Assembly: GCA_002104905.1 (NCBI GenBank)
Contig: MCFE01000124.1
Span: 1-64,000, forward strand
Length of the DNA: 64,000 nt
Direction: 5' to 3'
Source of the DNA: Basidiobolus meristosporus CBS 931.73
Taxonomy: Eukaryota > Fungi > Basidiobolomycota
Shown: positions 25,646 through 36,622 of the stretch, piece by piece
Layout: every line of letters begins with the position of its first letter
Position numbering within the stretch: the first letter of the stretch is position 1
Notes under the pieces: generated by a model
Databases searched by the model: none
What the model was told of the DNA's origin: nothing
What the model saw: only the letters and a program-made list of their open reading frames with translations
Made by a program: the position numbers and the translations under genes

Positions 25646-27149
25646 ATGATAGCTCCTTTGGTCATCTCAACGTTGGTTATTGTGACCACCGCTTCGGAAT
25701 TTGAGGGGACACTCACCTTGAGTCTTCAAAATAGGATCATCCTTCAAGGCCTTCTCAAACATACAGACAAGCTCCAGCAATTCGCATGCAAACATAATGG
25801 AACGCGCGTTTCCGGGAGTGAGGGACATCAGCTGACCATAGGCTTCGTCTATGGAGTTGTCAAGAAGGCAGGGTACAGGGTTACTCTTCAACAGTTTTCT
25901 GCACTCTACTATGAGTCATTGGCCCAGTCATTATCTGCTAATGGGAAAGAGTTTACTATATATGCAATGCCGCTAATTGCTTCGCCCCCTCGATATGGGC
26001 TTCTAGCACCAGTAGCTCTCGTATCCAGCGCTGCTGGCGACAACGGGAAAGCAGGCTGTGAGGAAGGTGATTTCACCGGTGTTGATCTGAAGGACAAGGT
26101 CGCATTGATGGAGCGTGGCTGTAGCATCACCGATAAGTCAATAAATGCTAAGAAGCATGACGCAGCTGCCTTTATCATCTACAATAATGGACCCGCTGAC
26201 TTTTTTGACGAAGTTGATGATATAGACGAAGAAGTACTCAGTATCCCCACCGGAGGTATCAGCCAGTAGACTGGTGAAGAATTGATTGAGCTTCTTAAGA
26301 GTGGTGAGCCTAACGTAACCTTGAATCTCTCGATGTACATCGAGAATCGCACCACCTACAATGTCCTAGCCGAGACCAAGGGTGGGGACCCAACCAAGGT
26401 AATCTTCCTCGGAGCCCACTCGGATTCGGTTCGTGCTGGTCCAGGTATCAATGACAATGGCTCGGGTAGCGCTGCTCTGCTCGAGGTTGCTCGCCAGTTC
26501 GGCCACACCAGACCCAAGAACAAGGTGCGCTTTGGCTGGTGGTCTGCTGAGGAGTTCGGCCTCCTGGGGTCCGAGCACTATGTCAGCAAGCTGAGCAAGA
26601 CCGATATCGACAGCATTGCAGTCATCCTCAACTTCGATATGATTGCCTCGCCCAACTATGTTATTCGTGTTCTTAACGGGGATTCGAGCGGACAGCCCAC
26701 ACCTGCTGGCTCGGAGGTTGTTACTGCGTTATTCGAGAAGCACTTCCAAGCCAAGGACGTTGTTTACGAGAGTGGCCTCTACCCCTACAGCCGCTCGGAT
26801 GTTGGACCTTTCGCGGCCGTTGGGATTCCCTCCGGAGGTCTTGATACCGGGGCGGACGAGCTCAAGACTGAAGAGGAAGCCAAGAAATTCGGTGGCAAGG
26901 CTGGCCAGCCGTTAGATCCGTGATAACACATCCAACCTCGATTACAACGTTTTTTTGAATATAGCTCGTGGCATTGCCCATGCAGTTGCCACCTATTCTC
27001 ACGATGTGTCCAGTATATCCGAAGCTCGCGGTAGAAAATGGTGGATGAACATCAAGCAACCGCGCCAAAGTGCTCGCTTGACGTCGAATTTGACGAGTTT
27101 GCCAATAGGCCAGTTAATTGCAAGATGTATATTTGTAACACATGTCTGA
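25646..27149 (+). pseudogene. M28 aminopeptidase copy 2, pseudogene
   Basis: Colinear with copy 1. It has an in-frame TAG at 26267-26269 (copy 1 has Glu) and a 17-nt deletion at about 26922 that removes CYHQAC, including the last Zn-ligand His, and shifts the frame. Homology fades after about 27030. Confidence 0.88.
26342..26907. repeat. Right arm of the 566-bp inverted repeat (partner 22878-23443)
   Basis: Near identity with the copy 1 catalytic-domain DNA, while the flanking parts of the two genes are clearly diverged. Confidence 0.9.
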
Positions 27150-27819
27150 GGCTTTCTTCCTTAGTTAATGGAGCGTGAGTGATATATCCAACTGATTTAT
27201 CAGTGCCAAGTCAATGCAGGTGTTGCGTATGTTGCGTTTGCCATTTAAAGGAAATCGAATGCTAGAGTGCAACCAGAAAATATACTCGATCAAGTTACAA
27301 TCTACAATCTCTATTTTTGGTGTGATACAAGGTTCAAAGCTAAACTCTAATATCCATGAGTCTCCTGGTAGACCTGCTGCCATACCTCAGTCGGCCTGCC
27401 CTGTGGGCCCAATCGCACTACTGTTTCGAAGGCATGGCGCATTCTGACCAGGACCATCCAGAATGATTAGTGGAAAGGAAAACCTCGATTGGTCACCATC
27501 AAGGCAATCTTGGGAGAATTCATGGTGCTTGCATTCCTGACCCAGGTCTCACTCAAAAACCCTTACTTCACACTTAAATCAGTTTTAGCCGGTGCTGATC
27601 ATGTTAGCCTAGTGCTTGGATTGAATGGTTAGCCTGTTCAGAAATAGCCAATTATGATCCGGCTCCCGTGATCGATTAATGTACTTCAATATTATTCATG
27701 GGGTCTGATGATCCCTATTTGTTTTGATTTGGACGAAACAGCGCTGCCTTTTACATTCATATTCCTGCTCAGCTTTGTGGGGTAGCCCTAGTGAACGTTT
27801 TCATAACCAATTCTTTTTA

Positions 27820-29913
27820 ATGGAGATACCTATCCCGCTTCAAGTGCAGACGCCCAAGAAAACACCACAAACCGTTTCAGACACTGGGGCTGAACAACCA
27901 GACATCCCCCAGCTGGCGCTGTTGAGAAATCCTGAAGCTTTGACCGAGGCAGCTTTCCTTGAGAGTGCCAAGTTTGGGGAGGAGCAAATAGCGTATGTCC
28001 GAAACATATTTGAACGTATATCTCCAGCCAACACATTCCAAATCAGCAAACCAGAGCACACCGGCGTATTTGTACAGTTCATCAAAGAGCTAGGCTTTGA
28101 AACGGATTTCGCCGAACGATTGTTTCATACTTTCGATAGGGGCAGAAGAGGTGAGATCAGCCTGGATGATTTAGTGTTGGGCTGTGCCGTTCTTGATGTA
28201 TCCACTCCACACAGCTCCGATTCGCCTGCTCTTTTCTGGCGACTGCGCTACATATTTCGTTGTTACAATGTCAGCGGCAGCCGCAAAATGACGTTCGAGG
28301 AATTTCAAATACTTATCTCGCATATAATGGTTTTGCAGAAGCGTACTTTCACCGATGAAGATCTCATGCAAGAGACCTTGGCTGCAGCCCGGAAAATGCC
28401 TACACGAGGTGGAAAGGTTAGCTTCATTGATCGTGATATGCTCATGGAGGCTGTGGCATGTGAGCTGCTAAAGGGTACTGAGCTACTCCTAAGGGCCAGG
28501 AATACACCGTGGAGAAGCAATCAGCTAGGGCATCGTAAAGCCCATAAAATCACCAATGAGCACTTCCAGATGATGGAGCAATTCCAACGGAAATTGGCGC
28601 AGGATTTCAAAGAAGAGCTGTCATCTCTCTCTACCCGAAAGCAGCGTGAGTTCATGATAGCCGTTAACCAACAGCTACTAGAGCAAATCTATCCTCTTCG
28701 ACTTCCTTTCAAAATCAGCAGCCAGGATAATCTATCTTCCTCCCGGAGTGTTAAACTTCAATCAACATACGACATCGGACATAACGTCGAGGGATATGCC
28801 TCCTGCGCCCCACATGAGCCCATTGTTAATGCCAAAAATTCATCAATATCTTGTGCTTTAGCGATTACGGATGAGAGTGATCCATCATTCCATATGGTGG
28901 AGAATCTTGCTAACCGAATCATACAATTCTATTTACTTTCCGAGCCATGGACACCTCCGTCCAACAGAGCCTATAGTTTACTGAGCGTGGAAGAGGTCAA
29001 ATTGATATGCGATTTTCTGGAGAAAGCGTTTCTAGAGGAGGACATGTGTGTCCGGCTAAGTGCGCCTTGTAAGGTGTTTGGCGATGTTCATGGACAGCTC
29101 AACGACCTTCTCGAATTCTTCAAAACGTACGGCTCGCCCAACCCTTACACTGGAGATGTGGTAGATGTCAGCTACGTATTTCTAGGGGATTTCGTAGATC
29201 GAGGCCAGCATTCCGTTGATGTTATCATGTTGCTATTCGCACTTAAAATCAAGTTTCCCACTCGGGTCTTCCTAATCCGCGGCAACCATGAGGACCGTTT
29301 CATCAACCAAACCTACGGATTTTATGCGGAGATGAGCGAAAGATTCCCCAGCACCGCTGCAGTTCCACTTTGGGAGAAGATCAACGATGTGTTCGACTGT
29401 CTGCCCATCGCAGCATTGATTTCCGATCGGATCCTTTGCGTTCATGGTGGTACCGGGCAGGTGAAGTCCTTGGAAGAAATCGAAAGCCTGAAGCGACCAC
29501 TGCGGTTCTCCCAAAACGACGAAACCTCCCTGGCTGCCTTCCACAACATTCTTTGGTCGGATCCAACGGATGGTCCCTCCGAGGTTGGCTTTCATCCCAA
29601 TCCAGCTCGTGGCGCAGGGATAGTGAAGTTTGGCCCAGACATAGTCAAGCAATTCATCAATAGAAACAATCTGGACCTCATCATCCGTGCACATCAGGCC
29701 TGCTCTGCGGGTTACGAATTCTTTGCTGGAGGACATCTAATTACCGTCTTCTCAGCCACGAACTATTGTGGCAAACACGGGAACAACGGAGCCATGCTGT
29801 ACATCAGCTCCGAGCTACAAATTCGTCCAAAGATAGTGAGGCCACAGAGCGAGCACGTCTGGCCAGAGACTCAAAGCGCCCCGCCCAGTCCCCCAAGGTC
29901 TCCTCGGATCTAA
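27820..29913 (+). CDS. PPP-family Ser/Thr phosphatase with N-terminal EF-hand-like region and BSU1/PPKL-like catalytic domain (about 697 aa, intronless)
   Basis: GDVHG, GDFVDRG, RGNHE, HGG, LWSDP, RAHQ and FSATNYCG are all intact. EF-hand-like loops are FDRGRRGEISLDD and YNVSGSRKMTFEE. The first ATG is at 27820. Confidence 0.9.
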   Translation: MEIPIPLQVQTPKKTPQTVSDTGAEQPDIPQLALLRNPEALTEAAFLESAKFGEEQIAYVRNIFERISPANTFQISKPEHTGVFVQFIKELGFETDFAERLFHTFDRGRRGEISLDDLVLGCAVLDVSTPHSSDSPALFWRLRYIFRCYNVSGSRKMTFEEFQILISHIMVLQKRTFTDEDLMQETLAAARKMPTRGGKVSFIDRDMLMEAVACELLKGTELLLRARNTPWRSNQLGHRKAHKITNEHFQMMEQFQRKLAQDFKEELSSLSTRKQREFMIAVNQQLLEQIYPLRLPFKISSQDNLSSSRSVKLQSTYDIGHNVEGYASCAPHEPIVNAKNSSISCALAITDESDPSFHMVENLANRIIQFYLLSEPWTPPSNRAYSLLSVEEVKLICDFLEKAFLEEDMCVRLSAPCKVFGDVHGQLNDLLEFFKTYGSPNPYTGDVVDVSYVFLGDFVDRGQHSVDVIMLLFALKIKFPTRVFLIRGNHEDRFINQTYGFYAEMSERFPSTAAVPLWEKINDVFDCLPIAALISDRILCVHGGTGQVKSLEEIESLKRPLRFSQNDETSLAAFHNILWSDPTDGPSEVGFHPNPARGAGIVKFGPDIVKQFINRNNLDLIIRAHQACSAGYEFFAGGHLITVFSATNYCGKHGNNGAMLYISSELQIRPKIVRPQSEHVWPETQSAPPSPPRSPRI

Positions 29914-30723
29914 ACCTCGGTTTCTTGAATCCAAGGAGAGCTTCTCCTCACCCCACCCTAGTCCAACTTGCCATGTGTATTTCCCCTCATTTCTCCCCCT
30001 CCTTGCATCCTTTACGAGACAGAAGCGGCTCCCCCGTTTTGGAAGAGATATTACCCACCACAGTGTACATTTTCAGTGACCTTTAATTAATCATTCATCG
30101 CCCGGTTCAAGGACAACCCTATCTCTCGTTAATAGATCAAATGAAACATAGAGCGTCGGTGGTCTAGCCATGAATTTGTGCCCTGATCAGCATTGCGCCT
30201 CAGCGTGACGACATAACCCTACACATTGAGCACCAATAAACATGGCCAGCATTCGCCAGAGAAGCAGAATCCCAGTGGTGCATTGCCCACCAAGCACTTC
30301 ACGGCATTCATCCATTTATGCCAACATGAGCATTTATTCCATTCGCTTCATCAGATCGGGGATTCCCGAAAACAACCTCTGATTCTATTCGGATTGTTTA
30401 TTCAAGTAATCCAATATTTTCATGATTTCCGGCCTCGAATGCTATTCGCTTAGGTTGGAATGGTGGTTACATAAACTCAAATGCTCAACGACCGACAACA
30501 ATCCCGGGTCACGTGGAAGGGGTCGAGCTGACCATCGGTGATTTCCAGCAGTGATGTGTGAAGGGTAGCTTTGGGCCAACCATTTTCAGCGGGTCGTTAT
30601 ATCTCTTCGAGAATATCTTATTTTTTTCCGCACACAGTGGATACAAGGTTCTCCTTCACACCCTTGCCCGCAGATTCCCCACTCTATTGGCTACCACAAC
30701 TTAATATCCCTCTCCCACTCGAC

Positions 30724-32913
30724 ATGGCCATAGCAAACAGTAGCCCGAAAGCCGACCCCCCACAAGAGGAGGCTGAGGAAATCTGGTCCACCATCTTGCA
30801 GACGGTTGCCTCGAACAAAATTGTACAATCCAAAAACGTCTTGATTTTAGGTAGGTGGGAATGCGCTCGTTGGCTCTTCTTCAGGGCCTCAAGTCTCCTT
30901 TGTTTCCACCAGGCAAGTTAACCTGTGCTTTTTCCTGGAATCTAGGTGACTCAAATTCGGGGAAGACCTCACTGGCCGATCATCTCAGACGGGTTCCCGA
31001 AGAAACAGGTGCTGGTCCGACGAACGGTGTGTCCGTCGGTACCGATACCTCGGATCTGAAGCACAACCTGAAGAACGAGCTCGCGCTGTCGTATTCGTTC
31101 GTGGATGTCAAAGATGAGGAGAACGAAGGTCTTGTTTAGTTGGGTTTCTTTGCTCCTATGACATGGTTGGATCCTGATTTTTTCCTGGTTCTTCAATAGA
31201 AACGGTGGCCCGTATCGGACTCCACCAGCTGGCCGGCTCTGATGCTGCATATCACCACCTTCTTCGGTTCAGTCTGAATGAGAACACCTTTGCCAACTCT
31301 TTGGCCGTCATTGTTCTTGACTGGTCTAAGCCGTGGACCTTCGTTGAAACATTCGAGAGGTGGATAAAGCTTCTTGAAAGGGCGGTGGCGAGTATCCAGC
31401 ATGGCGAGGGACCGAACAAGGACAGTGGCAGCCGGTGGACGTTTGGCAAATTCGTGGTCGATGAGGCCAAAGAAAAATGTAAGATTTGATTTCTGATGGA
31501 TGTGCAGCTAGGTGCTCGGTTTTTGGTGTATTAATCATGCATTGCAGTGGAGAAATATGTTCAGCAATACGTCGACCCCTCCATCTCAACCACCACATCT
31601 TCGGTGCCCCCCTCCACCATCTCCGCCTCGATGAACAGCGACGTTTTGCTGCCGTTAGGCCCAGGCTGTCTTACCACCAATCTCGGCATCCCACTTGTCG
31701 TTGTGTGCACCAAGGTATTTTTGACGCCCTCCTCCGGGCCGGTTGTATGCAACACAGGGTTAACCATTTCCTTGGTTTAGTCTGATGTGACGGCTCTCCA
31801 CGAGAGAGAAATGGATTTCAGAGAAGAGCAGTTCGACTTTATTCAGCAGACGCTAAGAACTTTATGCCTCAAATGTAAGTCCCTTTTGGCTCGCTCCCCA
31901 CAGGGACCTGGTAACTAACTCCTGTTCGCAGACGGTGCGGCGTTATTCTATACCTCCACTCACCGTCAGGAGACCCTCAGCTCTCTGCGACAATACATCC
32001 TCCATCGCCTGTTGGGGGCCACCTCTGACAGCTCCAGCTCCCTTGTACATACTGCGTTTCCTTTCAATACACGTGCTCAGGTGGTTGAGCGAGACCTGGT
32101 GATTGTACCTTCAGGGTGGGACAGCTGGGGAAAGATCCGAGTGCTGAGGGATGGTTTCGACTGTGAGGTAGTCTCGAGGGCCTTCGAAAAGGATGTTCAC
32201 GCGGAAGATAATGATCCGGACTATGTGGATGTGGTTGGTGCACAGACGTACTTCGAGTCGTTTGTCCAACGGCAGTCGGCCGCAGATCAGGTAAGTTTCC
32301 ACCAGAGACCATGCAATATCCTGACCAAACCCTGACCTTCACAACCACCAAGGCGATGGTCATGAACCCCGTCATCGAAGCTGAGGACGAGCAGACCTTC
32401 CTTGAACGTCATTACGAAGTTCTTCAACGCACTGCAGAGCCTGCAGGCCCGGGTGCTGGCTTATCTCTAGCCAATCCTGCCTATCCAGTCAGCACAAACT
32501 CGGATGATGTGGCTGCGCGATTGGCCAGATTAGCAAAACTGAAGGTAAGTCCCGAACCATCGATCAAATCTGCCCTCGTCTGTACTGATGTTGATCAATA
32601 GGAACAACACGGGATACGTTCATCGTTCACCGCCCCAAGGCCGACCTCTCCAGTTTCCAGTAACAACCCAACCTCCCCCTCCACTCCTAACAGCACCTCG
32701 CCTACGAGCGGTGGCGCGGGAGCCAACCAGAACGAGGTCATCGCCAACTTCTTCCAATCTCTGATCACCCGAAGAGCCTCCTCCGGGGCACTTTCCCCCA
32801 GCGGAAACGCCCCCGGTTCCCCTACCAACGGAAGAATCGCCACATCTACCAGAAGAACCATGGCTAACGAGCTAGATCGACTAAAAATGGCCGCGGGAAA
32901 CCTAACCAAATAA
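30724..32913 (+). CDS. Cytoplasmic dynein 1 light intermediate chain, 8 exons
   Basis: Seven GT-AG introns assemble EIWSTIL..NVLILGDSNSGKTS (P-loop)..IVLDWSKPW..TNLGIPLVVVCTKSD..FDFIQQTLRTLCLKYGAALFYTS..IVPSGWDSWGKI..EDEQTFL..NEVIANFFQSLI, matching the DLIC family. Confidence 0.93.
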
Positions 32914-33310
32914 TCACCCAACATACCAACCCATCTTTTCCCTTTGTTCACCCTTACCTCACCCCACCATCCCACCATCCTATCCATGTACCGAACCCTT
33001 TTGTTTCCAACGCCTACCCATCGCTCTTCGGCGTATCCACCCACCCCTCACCCCGAGGCCGTGTTTAACTTCCCAACCCTAATTGTGTGGAGTGTTCCCT
33101 GGGCGCAACCCAACCACTACCTAACCGGTAGCTTTCATGGAATCGTTCTCAACCATTCCTTTTTCAATCAACCCTGACCGGTTCTCCAATCATGGGCTAT
33201 CGCTTCTCGGCCACCTCAGGCCCTGGCTCGGTCCCACCCATAAAACCTTCCCCCACCCTCTTCCCCCTCAGCCACTCCCAGTTGATTGCAAATTAAAGGA
33301 GCCCTTTACA

Positions 33311-33345
33311 CCCAGCCCAGCCCAGCCCAACCCAACCCGACCCAA
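33311..33345 (+). repeat. Short (CCCAG/CCCAA)n pentamer repeat downstream of DLIC
   Basis: cccagcccagcccagcccaacccaacccgacccaa. Confidence 0.7.
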
Positions 33346-33965
33346 TCCTCACCTCACTTCGCTTAATCTCTTGCGGGTTTGCCCCTCCCCAATGGCTCAT
33401 ACCCATCGGGTGCCACCATACGTGCCCGCCACCTCTCGCATCCACTTCCGGTTGTTTCTCCATCAACAAAAAATTTGACCGAGTTTCGCGTTTGCGGAAA
33501 CCAGCAAATCAGTGAGCGCACTTCCACCATAGCAAAGAGGCCCTGGGGGTATGGCGAGGATCAGTGGGAGGTTGCCCAGGAAGCAGTATGCCAATGATGG
33601 GGCACATTTGTGGATATTTTAGCTCATGAGTACTTACAGTATTCCGGGTAGCACTCTACTTCTTTTACTCACTCATGATAGTGCACTAGTTCCATTCTGT
33701 TGGTAGGTGTCTTTCTGTATGGATATACTGTGCACTGATAAGCCTCTCGACTACCTTGCCTATTTAACTGTGTTTACCTGTATATGATTTGGGCATCAGA
33801 GATCGCAACGTATACAAGTCACAGTGCAGGATCATTGTCCCTGGGTATGAAAACATTGCGGAAACCGATGCAACCACTGGTGAGATTGTCACGGGAGGCT
33901 AGGTCGTTTTGGGGAACCGAGAATTCGTCAATTGCTGAGAATCGGCTTGTTTTGTGTCCAGATTA

Positions 33966-34314
33966 TGTTGTAAGAGTCTTGGAGGTATTGGAAGTGATTG
34001 GGAGAGCAAGTAGATTATGTGGTTCTCACTCGATGGTTTACTGAGTGTAAATGTAGTATTGATACTTTTACATGGTCCTGGCATAATAAACATGTAGAAT
34101 AGGTTCGGGAAGGTCTCAAGAACATGTGCGCAAAGCTTGGCGCTGTTTGGACAACTCATCCAATTTTCATGTTCTGGGTGCCTGGTATTTTGCTGAAAAT
34201 ATTCCAAGTAAATCCCAACAAGGAATTTGGTCGGTATTTTCTAAGATTTGTAGCTTATGATCTAAGCAGCTAGGTTAGGTGAATATTTAGGTGGAATTAC
34301 AAATCTTTACAACA
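33966..34314 (-). repeat. 3' LTR (349 bp) of copia element B
   Basis: TGTTGTAA..TTACAACA termini, adjacent to a polypurine tract (GAGTGGGAG on the minus strand). Homologous to the LTRs at 36243, 41311, 42199/48100 and 49350. Confidence 0.92.
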
Positions 34315-36242
34315 CTCCCACTCAACTGAATTTGTCTTTAGCTAATAGTTTGGTAAATATGTCTGCAATCATTTCATCTGTAGGATAATAAACTAAGTTG
34401 ACCAAGTTCTTCTCTATAGTGTCATGTATGAAACAATGTCTAATATCTATGTGCTTAGTTCTAACATAAAGAGTTGGTTTTCTACCTGATTGTATGCATC
34501 CTTGATTATCTTGAAATAAGGTAGCAGGCGTTTTTTGACATAAGCCTAAATCTTTAAAAAGCTTCCTTAGCCATATTACCTCTTTTGTAGCCTAACCGGC
34601 TGCCATATACTCTGTCTCTGTGGTAGAAAGTGCTACAGTTGGTTGCTTTCTTGAATTCCATGAAATTGCTCCTTTACAGTAAAGAAAGGTGTATCCTGTG
34701 GTGGATCTTCTGACTTCTAAGTTTTGTCCCCAATCAGCATCAGAGTATCCCACAAGATCTTTTTCTGAATCCTTATATGTGTATGTTAAGCTGATATCAG
34801 CAGTTCCTTTTAGATATCTAATAGTCTGCTTAACTGCTGCAATGTGATCAGATCCATGGTTCTGATTAGGCTGGCTGACAACTCCCACTGAAAATGAGAC
34901 ATTAGAATGTGTTCCAAGCAAGATATACAGCTTACTGCCAGCCATGAATTGATAAGGAAAGTTAGGGCTTTCAGATGGCACCAAGCTCTCCTGATTTGGT
35001 TGAGTTTTGACCAAGTTAAGGTGTATCTCCATTGGGGTAGCTGCTGGTTTACAGTGTTCCATTTGATACTGCTTTAATATCTTGAATATATTTGGATTGG
35101 CTTAGGGTGATAGTCTGGGTACTTCTGTCTACAGAGAACTTTATCCATAAGCAGTAACTGAGTTCTCCCAGACTGGACATTTTCAGCTCCTTAGATAGGC
35201 TAGATTTAGTCTCTTCCAATGTTTTGAGGTTAATAGTGGCTATAATAATATCATCCACATATAGAGCTAATAGAACTGGACCTGCTCTATCCGGTTTATT
35301 GTAAATACTATAGTCAGCAGTACTCCTTTGGAGACTCAAAGATTCCAAATAAGTATTTATCTTACAATTCCAGGCCCTTGGTGATAGTTTGAGACCATAT
35401 AGAGATTTTTTAAGCATGCAGACCAAGATCAACAGGCCCATCAGGCTGGCTCATGCACATGTCCCCATTAAGTTCCCCATTTAAAAATACAGTTTTTACA
35501 TCCATTTGATGTATAAAAATTTATATTTGGCTGCAATAGCCAATATCAATTTGATGGAATTAAGCTTGGCAACTTGTGCAAAGGTCTCAGTGTAGTCAAA
35601 TCCTTTTGTTTGAGAGTATCCTTTGGCCACAAGCCTTGCTGTGTACTTGTCAGTTGTACTAGAGCCTTGTATATTGTCTTGAAGATCCATCTGCATCCAA
35701 TTAATTTTGGGTTGATTGGCTAGTTAACTAAGTTCCAAGTTTGATTTTCCATTGGGGCCTTGTACTCTTCACTTATTACAGATCTTCAAAACCTTGTCTG
35801 AGGGCTATTTAGGGCTTCTTCTACAGTCTAGGGCTCATCAATCTGGACTGAATAGGCATAGGCTAAGTTTGTACTCTCATTAATATAGTAATTTGGGCTA
35901 TTTCTGGTCTGGTTAGATATCCTGATTTGTAATAATGGAATGATCACTTCTAGGGTACTCCTAGGCACGGATTCAGGATGAACCATGGTTGTAGAGTCCT
36001 CTGCAGTGAGAAAGTTCTCATTGTTTTACCCTGATTCAATCCAGACCTTTGGTGGAATTGAGATCAGATCTGTCATCAACTGATGTCATTTTTGCAAAAA
36101 ATTGGAATTTCATCAAACAACATATCCCTAGACTTGATTGGCTTCTTTACTTTGGTAATGTAGAGTCTGTATGCTTTGCTCTCATTGCAGTAGCCCAAAA
36201 ATATGCATTTTACACTTTTAGGCTCAAATTTTGACTGCTTTC
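33966..36242 (-). mobile_element. Ty1/copia element B, 3' part (LTR, RNase H, RT, integrase C-terminus), degenerate
   Basis: GYSDADWGQNLEVRRSTTGY, LYVDDIII, LYGLKLSPRAWN and ARLVAKGYSQ. Cut at 36242 by an insertion flanked by the TSD CTTTC. Confidence 0.93.
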
Positions 36243-36591
36243 TGTTGTAAAATTTGTAAATCCACCTAAATATTCACCTAGCTTAGTCACTTAGATCATT
36301 ACCTTCAAGTCTCAGAGAATACTTACTAAAATCCTTGTCAGGATTCACTTTGAACAGTTTCACCAAAATACCAGGTACCCAGAACATGAAAATTCTCAAA
36401 GTTGTTCAATCAGCCCCAAACCTTGCACACATGCCTCTGGAACCTTCCTAAGCCTATTCCCTATGTTTGTCATGCCAAGACCTTATAAAAGCATAAATAC
36501 TACGTTTACATTCAACAATTCATTTAGTGAAAGCCACATAATCTACTTGTCCTCCCAAATCACTTTTGATATCTCCAAGACTCTTACAACA
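36243..36591 (+). repeat. 5' LTR (349 bp) of copia A
   Basis: TGTTGTAA..TTACAACA termini, followed immediately by the primer-binding site (PBS). Confidence 0.93.
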
Positions 36592-36603
36592 GGTTATGAG
36601 CCC
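36592..36603 (+). promoter_or_regulatory. Primer-binding site complementary to the anticodon stem-loop of initiator tRNA-Met (half-tRNA priming)
   Basis: GGTTATGAGCCC is the reverse complement of GGGCTCATAACC of fungal tRNAiMet, as in Ty5/copia-type elements. Confidence 0.85.
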
Positions 36604-36622
36604 CAAGCTCTCACTCTGTACA

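Noticed and set aside
11696-32913. NudC and dynein LIC, both in the dynein pathway, within about 20 kb
   Set aside because: Separated by unrelated genes. Two genes are not evidence of a cluster without synteny data.
33480-33965. Exon-like segments and an acceptor-like TGTCCAG just before the first LTR, suggesting a gene truncated by the transposon block
   Set aside because: No clear donor, start codon or homology.
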